Positions 28,836 to 38,368 of a DNA stretch of 64,000 bases are shown here, one piece after another. The position numbers and the translations under genes are program-made. The notes below the pieces were generated by a model. That model ran no database searches and had not been told where the DNA came from. It saw nothing but the letters and a program-made list of their open reading frames with translations. The DNA is from a phage: NCBI GenBank assembly GCA_024572335.1, contig GCA_024572335.1_3052.1; one strand, written 5' to 3'. Positions within the stretch are counted from its first letter, which is position 1. Every line of letters begins with the position of its first letter.

Positions 28836-29851
28836 TGCGTTGCCTCTACATATAACTGATTTGCATATTGAATAAGTGCTTCGCGGTCAGAATCAGTGAT
28901 GTCTGGAATTGCATTAATGTATTCTTCCATCAACGTCTGAAGAGATTGAACTTCAACTTCTTCACTGTCATCTGACTCGACAGAGTTATCAATCTTTGAC
29001 ACAACTCGTAACGAATGCACAACTTTTTCTAGTTCAGATTCGAACTTCGTTAGATTTTTGTCTACTTCAGTTACTATAACACGTACTGATAGATTTGTAA
29101 AATCTTTATAGTCAATTTTTCCTTTAAATGGATAATGAATTCTACGATGCCAGGTAGTGTTGTTTGGAATAAATTCCATTCGTTCTGTTTCTGTATCAAA
29201 CATCCAGAACCCACGAGGGTCATTCTCGTCACCTGCAGTTAGTGTCCATGGTGTCCCAATATATCTGACGTTTGCAGCCTCAGAAATAGTATGGAAGTGA
29301 CCAGACCACACCTCTTTATAAGTCTTAAGGAAATCAGGTTCAAGACCGTGAGATTTCATTCCTTTATAAAAATAAAATCCATTCAGTTCCCAGTGACCAA
29401 CACAAAAAGAAGCAGAAGAAGTTTTTATGTGCTCGAGAATTTCACCAGTATTTTCTTCACACATCCAAGGAATTAAATCAATTAAACATCCGTCAAAATC
29501 TACTGTAGTAGGCTTATCATATACTTTAACATTAGGATATTTAGCCAAAAGCTCAGTAGAGGCATTTGGAGTTAAAGTATTTTTAAAGTGCATATCATGG
29601 TTTCCTACAACAGTATGCAGGGTAATACCAGCATCATCAAGCATTTGAACTATTTCACGAGCGAACTCCATAGTTTTATGTGTGATTGCTTTTCGCACAT
29701 CAAAAATATCACCATATTGAATCCAGGTAGTAATTCCATTTTTCTTAGAATATTCTATTGCTTGTTTAATTCCATCTAACTGAATGGATTGAACCCACTC
29801 ATCATCGGCTTTAACGCCTAAATGCCAATCACCTAAATTTAAAATTTTCAT
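28832..29851 (-). CDS. 47: Recombination nuclease subunit gp47 (Mre11/SbcD-like)
   Basis: 339 aa; calcineurin-like phosphoesterase motifs GDWHLG, GDIFD, GNHD. Confidence 0.9.
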   Translation of the reverse strand: MKILNLGDWHLGVKADDEWVQSIQLDGIKQAIEYSKKNGITTWIQYGDIFDVRKAITHKTMEFAREIVQMLDDAGITLHTVVGNHDMHFKNTLTPNASTELLAKYPNVKVYDKPTTVDFDGCLIDLIPWMCEENTGEILEHIKTSSASFCVGHWELNGFYFYKGMKSHGLEPDFLKTYKEVWSGHFHTISEAANVRYIGTPWTLTAGDENDPRGFWMFDTETERMEFIPNNTTWHRRIHYPFKGKIDYKDFTNLSVRVIVTEVDKNLTKFESELEKVVHSLRVVSKIDNSVESDDSEEVEVQSLQTLMEEYINAIPDITDSDREALIQYANQLYVEATQ

Positions 29852-30011
29852 ATATCAAGAACCGTCATTGAAATGCAAAATAAAATTATTGAAATAAATC
29901 CATCTGGAGTGCTAAAGAACCCAATCCAACATGCTCTAGTGAATAGATAAAATGCAAGAAAAAGTATCACATATCCAAGAAATATCATTATATCAAACTC
30001 CGTATAAAGCT

Positions 30012-30029
30012 AAAGGGCCGAAGCCCTTT
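30012..30029 (-). terminator. Terminator hairpin at the agt stop
   Basis: AAAGGGC-UUCG-GCCCUUU then UAGCUUUAUAC. Confidence 0.6.
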
Positions 30030-31230
30030 ATTTTGTAATAATGTCAAACTGTTCTTTAAAACAGAAGCTTGAATCTTGATGCTGATACAAAAATTCATAT
30101 GCTTTTTCTCGCTCACGGTCATAAAGAGCTCGGTCAGATGACAGTTCTTTAATACGTTCAAATGTTGATTCCATATCATTTTCATCAAACCAAATGATAC
30201 CGCTATCATGCGAGGTCAAAGGAGTATTATCAACACGGAATTTTAAATTTTCGCCAGTAGATTTCCAAAATACCGGAATTGTTCCACATGCACCAAGCTC
30301 GAGATGAGTATATTCTAAAGAACGTTGTAAATATTTTTTGTCCAACTTACTCAGTTGATAACCAAATCCGGATTTACTCATGCGTTCAAGCATTTCGCTA
30401 TTTACATAACGGTCAAGAATTTGCGTTGGCAAATTAGGAGCAATTTTAATTTGGTCTACTTGATGAAGACGATAATACTCGTATGGAATTCCTTTTTCTT
30501 TAATAGGAATGAACGCTGGAGAACGTTCCAGACCTTCCATAATAGTACTTAGTCCTGCAGGTTTAAGATGTTTTTCATGAAAATCAAACATCTGATAAAA
30601 ACCTTTCCATGTAGTAGTACGACCAATCCAACGGTTGATATTCATGTTAATTTCAGAAACATCTTTCCAGTAGGTTGATCGAACCTTCGCAATATCCATA
30701 GGAGGCTGAAAGTTGTATACGGTCGGTGCTTCTTCAACATCATCAAACAGTGAAACAGTTTCTGGATACCATTCTTTCATTAAAACTTTATTAAAATCAC
30801 CATTATCAGAATGGCTAAAAATAACATCAGCTCGACGAACAGTTTCTTCTAATCCCAAATTTCGACGCAAAGAAAGAGAAGAATGGTCATGCTGATAAAC
30901 TACAACACGAACAGAAGGTTTAATGTTATCAATAATTTTTTTATAGTTATTAATAGTGTCTTCTTCAACCGAAGTAGCAGGAACTGAATTGATAATTAGA
31001 ATATCACAATCATTTACCAGCTTAAGTGTTTTATCGTATTCTTTTGCCAATAAAACCGGAATTGAAAATGATTTATAATCATGCGCGCAATTACGAGTAA
31101 ATGATTTATCTTTAGCATAAACCAAAGTCACTTCATGACCATTTTTAATAAACCAATCACGTTGCTCGAGTGAGAATTTTGTTACACCACAACCTTCAAG
31201 ACCTCGAGCCATAAAAATACATACTTTCAT
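30028..31230 (-). CDS. agt: Alpha-glucosyltransferase
   Basis: 400 aa; sequence closely matches recalled T4 Agt (MKVCIFMARGLEGCGVTKFSLEQRDWFIKNGHEVTLVYAKDKSF...). Confidence 0.85.
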   Translation of the reverse strand: MKVCIFMARGLEGCGVTKFSLEQRDWFIKNGHEVTLVYAKDKSFTRNCAHDYKSFSIPVLLAKEYDKTLKLVNDCDILIINSVPATSVEEDTINNYKKIIDNIKPSVRVVVYQHDHSSLSLRRNLGLEETVRRADVIFSHSDNGDFNKVLMKEWYPETVSLFDDVEEAPTVYNFQPPMDIAKVRSTYWKDVSEINMNINRWIGRTTTWKGFYQMFDFHEKHLKPAGLSTIMEGLERSPAFIPIKEKGIPYEYYRLHQVDQIKIAPNLPTQILDRYVNSEMLERMSKSGFGYQLSKLDKKYLQRSLEYTHLELGACGTIPVFWKSTGENLKFRVDNTPLTSHDSGIIWFDENDMESTFERIKELSSDRALYDREREKAYEFLYQHQDSSFCFKEQFDIITK

Positions 31231-31280
31231 TTAATATCCTCTTTGTTTTGGTTTATTTTACCAAAAATTTATAAAGCAAT

Positions 31281-31300
31281 ATAGGAGCCGAAGCTCCTAT
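31281..31300 (-). terminator. Terminator-like hairpin upstream of agt
   Basis: AUAGGAGC-UUCG-GCUCCUAU then AUUGCUUUAUAAAUUUUU. Confidence 0.6.
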
Positions 31301-31470
31301 CCGCATAATACACCGTATAGAGGCTCATTAGAGCTTCTAAATTTTATACGCTTATATGTTATAGTTCCTTCTGCTTTAGCTTTATCATGAGACTCTTTAA
31401 AGCGTCTCATCATTTCCTCTTTAGAGGAACGAATTTTATTATAATCTATTTCAGAAGTCTGGGTGTTCAT
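31297..31470 (-). CDS. Small basic protein (unlisted ORF)
   Basis: 57 aa hand-translated ORF MNTQTSEIDYNKIRSSKEEMMRRFKESHDK...; stop lies inside a terminator hairpin. Confidence 0.3.
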   Translation of the reverse strand: MNTQTSEIDYNKIRSSKEEMMRRFKESHDKAKAEGTITYKRIKFRSSNEPLYGVLCG

Positions 31471-31473
31471 CTT

Positions 31474-31680
31474 TCATAGTTGCCACCATTTTTTGACTTG
31501 ATAGGAATCAACCCACACTTTCATATTAGGGTCTGCTCTTACAATAGGAGGATTAACTTCTTTAATTGAACTATCATGGTATTCTTTTTCAGAAATTTTC
31601 ACACAAAGATGACCATTCAAAGATTCAGTAAATCCTGCATTAATTTTAAGACGCTTGAATTTTACGTGTGTAAGCATCAA
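31474..31680 (-). CDS. Hypothetical small protein
   Basis: 68 aa ORF. Confidence 0.4.
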   Translation of the reverse strand: MMLTHVKFKRLKINAGFTESLNGHLCVKISEKEYHDSSIKEVNPPIVRADPNMKVWVDSYQVKKWWQL

Positions 31681-31963
31681 TCATATCCTCAATTTGCGAT
31701 CTAGTAGTCTTCCAAAGAATACTGATGAGTTCATCGTTATATGGCTGTTTTAGAATATCCCGACTTTTCTTGATAGCATATTCGTATTGAGCAAAATTAT
31801 TGTTTTCAGCTGCAATCTGAGCGTGCTTATAAAGACGATTCAGTTCGCGTTTGTTTTTAGACAATAACTTATTTGCTTTTCTTTCTGCTTCAAGACGGTT
31901 CTTTTCTTCAATAGAAGAAATAAGCTTTTCCACTTCATCATTAATTTCGGGTTTATCAGTCAT
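31646..31963 (-). CDS. Hypothetical protein
   Basis: 105 aa ATG ORF. Confidence 0.45.
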   Translation of the reverse strand: MTDKPEINDEVEKLISSIEEKNRLEAERKANKLLSKNKRELNRLYKHAQIAAENNNFAQYEYAIKKSRDILKQPYNDELISILWKTTRSQIEDMIDAYTRKIQAS

Positions 31964-31964
31964 A

Positions 31965-32183
31965 TTATTTCTCTAATATAAAATAAAAATCATCATCTGT
32001 TAAATGATACCGATAGTTTAATTCTACACCATTAGATTTAAAAGCGGTATCATACGGATTTTCTGGATCAATATCAATGTCAAGAGCTAAAACTTCCCTG
32101 AGATACATTTTAAGTAAATAGGGAATAGCTTCAACTTCAGGTATTTCTTCCAAGAATCCGGAGAGGTTAATCGTTAGCCTCAT
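31965..32183 (-). CDS. Hypothetical small protein
   Basis: 72 aa ATG ORF. Confidence 0.4.
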
Positions 32184-32724
32184 ATAAAAAATCCAAACTA
32201 GGAGAATCGTCTACAACACTTTTCTTTTCAGCCCCCGGTGTTCTATAGGTTGATTCTTCGTAATGCGTCATTTTATCGTAGATGTCTTGAATAAAAGTTT
32301 CATCTACTAACGCAACCATATCGTCGTCACGACTGTCATAGACATTGTGAACGAAGTAACTGTATTTCTTTGCAACTTCCTTACGTTCTTTTTTAATACG
32401 TTGGACGAATGCATTAAAACAAGCTTGAGTTATATATGCATGTGGGTTTTTATATTTCGTTTCATCAAAATTATGAAGCCCCTTAATAGAAGCTTCTATA
32501 CCATCTGCAATCATTTCTTGTTTCCAAGACTGGGTGTATCCTGAAAAGTTGAAACGCTTAGATAAGCCTTCTGCAATAAGCATAATGGCTAATCCGATAG
32601 TATCATTCTGACGAACTACTTTATTTGGGTCTTTATTATTTGCTAATTCTGTTTTCCAATCAATAATAGCTTGTAAAAGCTCTTTATTGTTTACGTAATT
32701 ATATTTAGGCTTAGTTTCTGACAT
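32167..32724 (-). CDS. 55: Late sigma factor gp55
   Basis: Track has GTG start; ATG at 32724 gives 185 aa matching recalled T4 gp55 ([26 protein letters not shown]...). Confidence 0.9.
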
Positions 32725-32802
32725 TTTCACCTCTTAGCTCAATTCATAGATCTATTATATCATAATATTTGAAGATCTATCTTAAAGCATAGAGGATATC
32801 AG

Positions 32803-33072
32803 TTATCTAAGTAAGCAGTATGCTTGGAATACTTTCTCCATCATCTTTTTAAATTCATGAATATCTATATAATGACTAGTTAGATCAGCATGATATAAAA
32901 AGTCTAAAAACTTTTCATGTGTGCTAACATATTCGCTTTCATTTAATTCAGAAACATGGCTTTCCCAATATCCAACACCAGTCTTATTTGGGAAAAATGA
33001 AATTTTCATGTATTGGTCAACATAGAAAATGCCATAATTTTCAATAGTAATAGAAATATTAATAAATTTCAT
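32803..33072 (-). CDS. Hypothetical protein
   Basis: 89 aa ATG ORF. Confidence 0.4.
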   Translation of the reverse strand: MKFINISITIENYGIFYVDQYMKISFFPNKTGVGYWESHVSELNESEYVSTHEKFLDFLYHADLTSHYIDIHEFKKMMEKVFQAYCLLR

Positions 33073-33284
33073 ACATTCATCAACTTAGCCGCTTCAAGAG
33101 CTGCATCTAGTGAATCAAATTGATCGACATATTCAATCAGTTCGCCATAATTGGCATATAACCACCATTGGCTAAATTCATACTCAAGGATGAATCCGTT
33201 TCCTTCAATTTGAGTTAAACCAATGCCATTTGTATTTACTTCATACCCAGCAAGACGCAAATCGTTAATAAGAGCTTCGTTCAT
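33069..33284 (-). CDS. Hypothetical small protein
   Basis: 71 aa ATG ORF. Confidence 0.4.
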   Translation of the reverse strand: MNEALINDLRLAGYEVNTNGIGLTQIEGNGFILEYEFSQWWLYANYGELIEYVDQFDSLDAALEAAKLMNV

Positions 33285-33286
33285 AA

Positions 33287-33613
33287 TTATACCTTAGTAA
33301 TTTTCAGGTCTGCAAATTTTTTCTTGCGTTGATTTTTCATGCGACGAATAGTTTTATCGGAAATTTCATGCTTTTGATAAGCTTTAGATTCTACACCAAA
33401 AGCTTTAACATCAAATTCTGACAAGATATATTGAACCAGCAATTCACGGACAGTATTGCGTCCAATCTTCTGATCATTCTGTTTCATCGTCTGATGAAGC
33501 TCTTTTTCCCATTTATCCAAAATTTGAGGAGTTACAATATCGCCTTTTTCTAGCAGAGAAACTACTTTATCATATGCATAAGAATTGATGGCGTTTTTAA
33601 TTTGAATAGTCAT
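33287..33613 (-). CDS. Hypothetical protein
   Basis: 108 aa ATG ORF. Confidence 0.45.
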   Translation of the reverse strand: MTIQIKNAINSYAYDKVVSLLEKGDIVTPQILDKWEKELHQTMKQNDQKIGRNTVRELLVQYILSEFDVKAFGVESKAYQKHEISDKTIRRMKNQRKKKFADLKITKV

Positions 33614-33651
33614 ACATTATCCTCAATTACATTAAAATTTTATTATCCAAA

Positions 33652-33667
33652 AAGGGCCGAAGCCCTT
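33652..33667 (-). terminator. Intrinsic terminator
   Basis: AAGGGC-UUCG-GCCCUU followed by UUUUGG and AU-rich tail. Confidence 0.7.
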
Positions 33668-33866
33668 AGCTAAACTGTTTGGCACCCTTCCAGCCTTCAT
33701 ACATCATTGCGACTGACAATGACAAAGCTCCTTCACATGCTGCATACTTATTATTCCAGAACCAATTTAGAAAAACTTCATCCTCAATACCATTGTGTTT
33801 CATGTTCTGGAAAAATTTGGCGCGTTCTTCACGAAGCTTTTGCGATAATTTAGATTCAGGATTCAT
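33666..33866 (-). CDS. Hypothetical small protein
   Basis: 66 aa ATG ORF; stop inside a strong terminator. Confidence 0.4.
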   Translation of the reverse strand: MNPESKLSQKLREERAKFFQNMKHNGIEDEVFLNWFWNNKYAACEGALSLSVAMMYEGWKGAKQFS

Positions 33867-33998
33867 TTAAATTTCCCAATTACCATTTTCATCAATAAAT
33901 TTAATCCAGTCATTTACTGACCACTTGGTCGTATCGCCTTTTGGAGCAACATTTAAAGTGTATAATCCTTGTTTAAAAAGCATTCGTTTGATATTCAT
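33867..33998 (-). CDS. Hypothetical small protein (start corrected)
   Basis: Track ORF 33867..34082 overlaps the next gene; internal ATG at 33998 follows SD GAGGA, giving 43 aa. Confidence 0.3.
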   Translation of the reverse strand: MNIKRMLFKQGLYTLNVAPKGDTTKWSVNDWIKFIDENGNWEI

Positions 33999-34005
33999 AT
34001 TTTCC

Positions 34006-34299
34006 TCAGCTGTAACGATAGCACTCGTTTGATTTGCGCTTAGCAACTCGTTGAGAAGTATTGTAATCAAAATCATCGTCAATGTAAACTGATTTTTTCA
34101 ACTTTCTTACTTCACCACGTAATTGGCGATTTAGCTCATCTTTAACTTCTGAATCAATACCTTTCATTCTACGCCATTTATCAGAGCGAAAAATGTTTTC
34201 AACCATATCTTTATGACTTACCCCATCAGGAGCTTTACGCTTTCCGAAATAGTCATAATCACGCACTTTTAAGTCTTTACGACGATACGTTTTACCCAT
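34006..34299 (-). CDS. Hypothetical basic protein
   Basis: Track ORF 34006..34338; ATG at 34299 (MGKTYRRKDLK) follows AAGGAA. Confidence 0.4.
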   Translation of the reverse strand: MGKTYRRKDLKVRDYDYFGKRKAPDGVSHKDMVENIFRSDKWRRMKGIDSEVKDELNRQLRGEVRKLKKSVYIDDDFDYNTSQRVAKRKSNECYRYS

Positions 34300-34474
34300 G
34301 GAGTTTAATTTCCTTAGCAACTGAACTAAATACAGCACGATCGCAAATCATGCGTTTATGTAACTTGAGTATAATATAGCAAACTTCAAAACTATTTACA
34401 TGAGTAACACGAACAGCATTACCATTAATGAGATAATACTGCCCCTTTTTAATTTCTTTATCAACCATAACCAT
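34292..34474 (-). CDS. Hypothetical small protein
   Basis: 60 aa ATG ORF downstream of an early promoter. Confidence 0.4.
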   Translation of the reverse strand: MVMVDKEIKKGQYYLINGNAVRVTHVNSFEVCYIILKLHKRMICDRAVFSSVAKEIKLHG

Positions 34475-34504
34475 ATCAATTCCTCAAAGGCAATTCATAT
34501 GTTA

Positions 34505-34534
34505 ATAATACCACAGTTTGAGCTTGTTGTAAAC
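34505..34534 (-). promoter_or_regulatory. Early-type promoter
   Basis: GTTTAC, about 17 nt, GTATTATTA; SD GAGGA. Confidence 0.45.
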
Positions 34535-34614
34535 AACTTTGTGAAAATTATTTTAGGGAATGATAAGAAGGGAACGATAGCTTAGAATGGTAATATACAG
34601 AATGTGAGAAAGAA

Positions 34615-34629
34615 AGGCCCAGAGGGCCC
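34615..34629 (-). terminator. Terminator after nrdH
   Basis: GGGCC-UCU-GGGCC hairpin then UUUCUUUCU. Confidence 0.55.
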
Positions 34630-34632
34630 GTC

Positions 34633-34956
34633 TTAGTCTTCTATGATATCTCTATCATATCCAAGTGAAATGAGAGTTTCTTTGAAGTGTTTAATGTTCT
34701 TTTGTCTAGAATCATTAATGAAAATGACTGGATAACGAATGTTAAGAGATGTGAATCCAGCGCGTTTAGCAAGAGATACAATCAGCGGACGATCATACTC
34801 AATCTTACCGTTATTTGTAAGAACTTTATAGAAAGTAAAAGGAGCATTAAGCTCCTTTAGAAGTTTTGTAACTGATTGACATCCAGGACAACGACCTACT
34901 TCTTCGGGGATGCCATAGATTTCAATCTTATTCTTTAAATTCGAGTTTTGTTCCAC
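34633..34956 (-). CDS. nrdH: Glutaredoxin-like protein NrdH
   Basis: CPGC redox motif; track ORF 34633..35085 over-extends; in-frame GTG at 34956 preceded by AAGGA is a plausible start; adjacent to nrdG/nrdD. Confidence 0.5.
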   Translation of the reverse strand: MEQNSNLKNKIEIYGIPEEVGRCPGCQSVTKLLKELNAPFTFYKVLTNNGKIEYDRPLIVSLAKRAGFTSLNIRYPVIFINDSRQKNIKHFKETLISLGYDRDIIED

Positions 34957-35239
34957 GAGAAATAATTCCTTGATAAGCCCAGTATGGCGGGTTAACAGAA
35001 TCCTCACCAGAGTTTTCTTCAGGAAAATAAACCTGGATAACGAAGCCGGATTCATCAAAGGTGAAATAAGTAGTAGGCAGTTCACCTAACAAATCGGCAC
35101 GAGCGTTGATTTCTTCGAGGTCTTGTTCACGTCCAGCCCAGAAGCTTGGGTTCAGACTACATTCATAGAAATAATAGTCATTACCGAACATATCAAAACC
35201 ATTCCAACTCTCTACTACATACCGCTCAAAACTAATCAT
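34928..35239 (-). CDS. Hypothetical protein
   Basis: 103 aa ORF upstream of nrdH. Confidence 0.45.
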   Translation of the reverse strand: MISFERYVVESWNGFDMFGNDYYFYECSLNPSFWAGREQDLEEINARADLLGELPTTYFTFDESGFVIQVYFPEENSGEDSVNPPYWAYQGIISRGTKLEFKE

Positions 35240-35241
35240 AA

Positions 35242-35457
35242 TTAAGCCTTTTTATCAAGAACAGCATTCAGCTTGTTAGTAATTTTATCCAGACGCTTAT
35301 TGAACTCACTAGAAGATAAGCCCTTTTCTGGAGAAATTAAACTAATAACGAAAAATACAACAATAAAAGGAATAAGAAAAATAGCTCCAACTGCCATAAA
35401 CAAAAAGAACGTTACAGTTGTAAGAAAATCAGCTAAACCTTTACGAAATTTATACAT
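35242..35457 (-). CDS. Small membrane protein
   Basis: 71 aa; hydrophobic stretch FLFMAVGAIFLIPFIVVFFVISLI. Confidence 0.45.
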   Translation of the reverse strand: MYKFRKGLADFLTTVTFFLFMAVGAIFLIPFIVVFFVISLISPEKGLSSSEFNKRLDKITNKLNAVLDKKA

Positions 35458-35572
35458 ATTTTACCCTTAATTGATTAACCAAGCATTGATAAGCACTAAA
35501 CTATATTGGGAATAAAATTCTGGACCAAAATGAAAAATCATATCATTTATAGTATCCATAATGTAATTCAGT

Positions 35573-36043
35573 TTAATCATGTTTCCACACCCCATCGGTA
35601 TTTGACCAAAGTCGCTGATTATCTGATCCTCGCCACAGCTTTTTGGTCGGAAGATTTTTCTCATACTTCCCATCAATAATAACATCAACATATTTAAGCA
35701 TTTCTAGTTGTTTAATATCTTCAAACTTATATCCTGTCCACAACCAAATGCTTTTATTGGGATAAAGATTTTTAACTGTTTGAACGATGCAATGAATCAC
35801 GTCTCTGTTATCAGGATAAAGAGGGTCACCTCCGGTTATAGTTAATCCTTCTATATAATCATTATTCAAACATTCAATTAATTGTTCTAGTGTTTCACCA
35901 GTGAATGGAATACCATTTCTAGCATTCCATGTTGATTTATTATAACACCCTTCACATTTATGCAAACAACCTGTAACGAAAAGAACGGTCCTGCAGCCAG
36001 GACCATTAACAAAATCGCAAGGATAAAATCTATCATAATTCAT
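35573..36043 (-). CDS. nrdG: Anaerobic ribonucleotide reductase activating protein NrdG (radical SAM)
   Basis: 156 aa; CxxxCxxC cluster motif GCLHKCEGC. Confidence 0.85.
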   Translation of the reverse strand: MNYDRFYPCDFVNGPGCRTVLFVTGCLHKCEGCYNKSTWNARNGIPFTGETLEQLIECLNNDYIEGLTITGGDPLYPDNRDVIHCIVQTVKNLYPNKSIWLWTGYKFEDIKQLEMLKYVDVIIDGKYEKNLPTKKLWRGSDNQRLWSNTDGVWKHD

Positions 36044-37857
36044 TGGTGCTTAACCCTATGCATGATTTCTTTATTTTTGCCGAGATTAAATCCGCGTTCG
36101 TTCGGATTTCCAAGATAGCCGCATGTTCTTCTTATTGTGTTCATCTTTTTAGGATCAGTTTCTCCACAGATAGAACAAACAAATCCGTTTTCAGTAGGAG
36201 TCATTTCATGGGTGCTTCCGCATGTAAAACATTTATCTACTGGCATATTAACACCAAAATAATCTAAATGTTGTGCAGCATAATCCCATACAGCCTCAAG
36301 GCCTTTTAGGTTATTTTTCATATCAGGAAGTTCAACATAAGAAATGTGACCACCTGTCGCAATGAAATGATATGGCGCTTCACGAGAAATCTTTTCAAAC
36401 GGAGTAATATTTTCTTCTACTGAAACATGGAAACTGTTAGTGTACCATCCTTTATCGGTAACATCTTTTACACTTCCATATTTTTCTGTATCAAGTTTAC
36501 AGAAGCGATAACAAAGGTTTTCAGCAGGAGTCGAATACAAACTAAAAGCAAACCCAGTTCTTTCAGCCCACTGTTTAAGACGAGCATTCATTTTAGTTAA
36601 AATTTCTTGTCCAATGTCACGACCGACAAGAATATTCAATTCATGAATACCAATGTATCCTAAAGACACTGAACTTCTACCGTTTTTAAATAACTCAATT
36701 ATGTCGTCATCAGGTTTAAGACGAACCCCGAATGCACCTTCTTGGTAAAGAATAGGAGCAACAGTAGCTTTAACTCCTTTTAAGGAACTAATTCTACACA
36801 TCAAAGCTTCAAAACACAAATCCATACGTTCATTGAATAATTCAACAAATTTCTGTTCATTGAACTGTGTTCCAATATAAGAATCCAACGCGATGCGAGG
36901 AAGATTCAGTGTTACAACACCAAGATTATTACGTCCATCAAGAATTTCATTACCAGTCGAATCTTTCCATACGCTCAAGAAACTACGGCAACCCATTGGA
37001 GAAACAGGAATAGATGAACCGGTGATAGCTTTATTATTCTTAACTGAAATAATATCAGGATACATCCTTTTGCTTGCACACTCTAGAGCAAGCTGCTTAA
37101 TATCATAGTTCGGATCGTCTTTATAAAGATTAACGCCTTCTTCAACGAACATAACAAGTTTAGGAAAAATAGGAGTTATCCCATCACGACCAAGACCTTT
37201 AATACGATTTTTCAGAATTGCTTTCTGAATCATTCGTTCAGTCCAGTCAGTTCCCGTACCAAATGTAATTGTTACAAAGGGAGTCTGTCCGTTTGAACTA
37301 AAGAGAGTATTTACTTCATATTCATAAGCTTGGAATGCATCGTATACGTCTTTTTCTGTTTTAGATTGGGCATAATTCAGTGCATCGGCGATTTGCCATT
37401 TTTCTGCGTCCTCGATATGTTTTGCATAGGTGCGTTTAACATAAGGAGAAAGTACTTTATCTACATTCGCAAAAGTCGTTCCGCCGTATTGGTGAGAAGC
37501 AACCTGTGCGGTAATTTGTGCCATAATTGCAGTAGCAACGCCAATTGATTTAGGAGTTTCAATCTGTGCATTACCAAGCTTAAATCCGTTTTCAAGCATT
37601 CCTTTTAAATCTACTAAACAACAATTAGTAAATGGAAGAGCAGGGGAATAATCAATATCATGGAAATGAATAATTCCGCTTTCATGCGCTTTCATAATAA
37701 AAGACGGGACCATATTTTTGGCAATGTGTTTAGACACAATACCAGCCATAAGGTCCCGTTGAGTTGGAAAAACACGAGAATCTTTATTAGCATTCTCGTT
37801 TAAAAGGTCTTTATTAGTTTTATGAATCAATCCTTCAATTTCTTTTTCAATTGTCAT
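36040..37857 (-). CDS. nrdD: Anaerobic ribonucleotide reductase NrdD, uninterrupted
   Basis: 605 aa continuous ORF; C-terminal glycyl radical motif RRTCGYLG and Zn site CFTCGS...CSICG. Confidence 0.9.
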   Translation of the reverse strand: MTIEKEIEGLIHKTNKDLLNENANKDSRVFPTQRDLMAGIVSKHIAKNMVPSFIMKAHESGIIHFHDIDYSPALPFTNCCLVDLKGMLENGFKLGNAQIETPKSIGVATAIMAQITAQVASHQYGGTTFANVDKVLSPYVKRTYAKHIEDAEKWQIADALNYAQSKTEKDVYDAFQAYEYEVNTLFSSNGQTPFVTITFGTGTDWTERMIQKAILKNRIKGLGRDGITPIFPKLVMFVEEGVNLYKDDPNYDIKQLALECASKRMYPDIISVKNNKAITGSSIPVSPMGCRSFLSVWKDSTGNEILDGRNNLGVVTLNLPRIALDSYIGTQFNEQKFVELFNERMDLCFEALMCRISSLKGVKATVAPILYQEGAFGVRLKPDDDIIELFKNGRSSVSLGYIGIHELNILVGRDIGQEILTKMNARLKQWAERTGFAFSLYSTPAENLCYRFCKLDTEKYGSVKDVTDKGWYTNSFHVSVEENITPFEKISREAPYHFIATGGHISYVELPDMKNNLKGLEAVWDYAAQHLDYFGVNMPVDKCFTCGSTHEMTPTENGFVCSICGETDPKKMNTIRRTCGYLGNPNERGFNLGKNKEIMHRVKHQ

Positions 37858-38327
37858 TTTAAACTCTTTCTAAGCTGCTTCTTAAATGAAGCTATTAATT
37901 GTGTTTTGGTGTCAAATTCATTATATTCAAATCCTCTTTGAAGCATCTCAGCCATCATTTCCTCTTTTCCTAAACGAGAAAATTCCTTTGATTTATCTCC
38001 AACGAAGTTAGGGTGAATATTATTTTGGGTGTAATCGGATTTTAAATAAGTAAGTAAATTTTCTAACCATTCAAGATAATCAACACCCTGTCCCTTTAAT
38101 CCAGAACGATTAAATTTATGCTTCATTTGACCTTCTGCAGCATTGCAGAGATTACAGAGCAATCCACGTACCTTTCCTGCTTTTGGTCCATTTAATTCAT
38201 GGTCATGGTCGAGGTGATTAGCTTGAACATCAGGATTTAGTTCTCGTTGGCAAATTAAACATTTACCATTTTGTGCATCATAAAATTTCTGTTTTTCTTC
38301 TTTATATAATTTGCCAGTCAATAACAT
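37854..38327 (-). CDS. 49: Endonuclease VII gp49 (Holliday junction resolvase)
   Basis: 157 aa; zinc-binding CLICQ...HLDHDH...CNLCN. Confidence 0.85.
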   Translation of the reverse strand: MLLTGKLYKEEKQKFYDAQNGKCLICQRELNPDVQANHLDHDHELNGPKAGKVRGLLCNLCNAAEGQMKHKFNRSGLKGQGVDYLEWLENLLTYLKSDYTQNNIHPNFVGDKSKEFSRLGKEEMMAEMLQRGFEYNEFDTKTQLIASFKKQLRKSLK

Positions 38328-38368
38328 AATAAACCCTTACCTTAAATAGATAAGGGTATTTATTATTT

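Noticed and set aside
36040-37857. Group I intron in nrdD as in T4
   Set aside because: The nrdD reading frame is continuous for 605 codons with no in-frame stop or intron-sized insertion.
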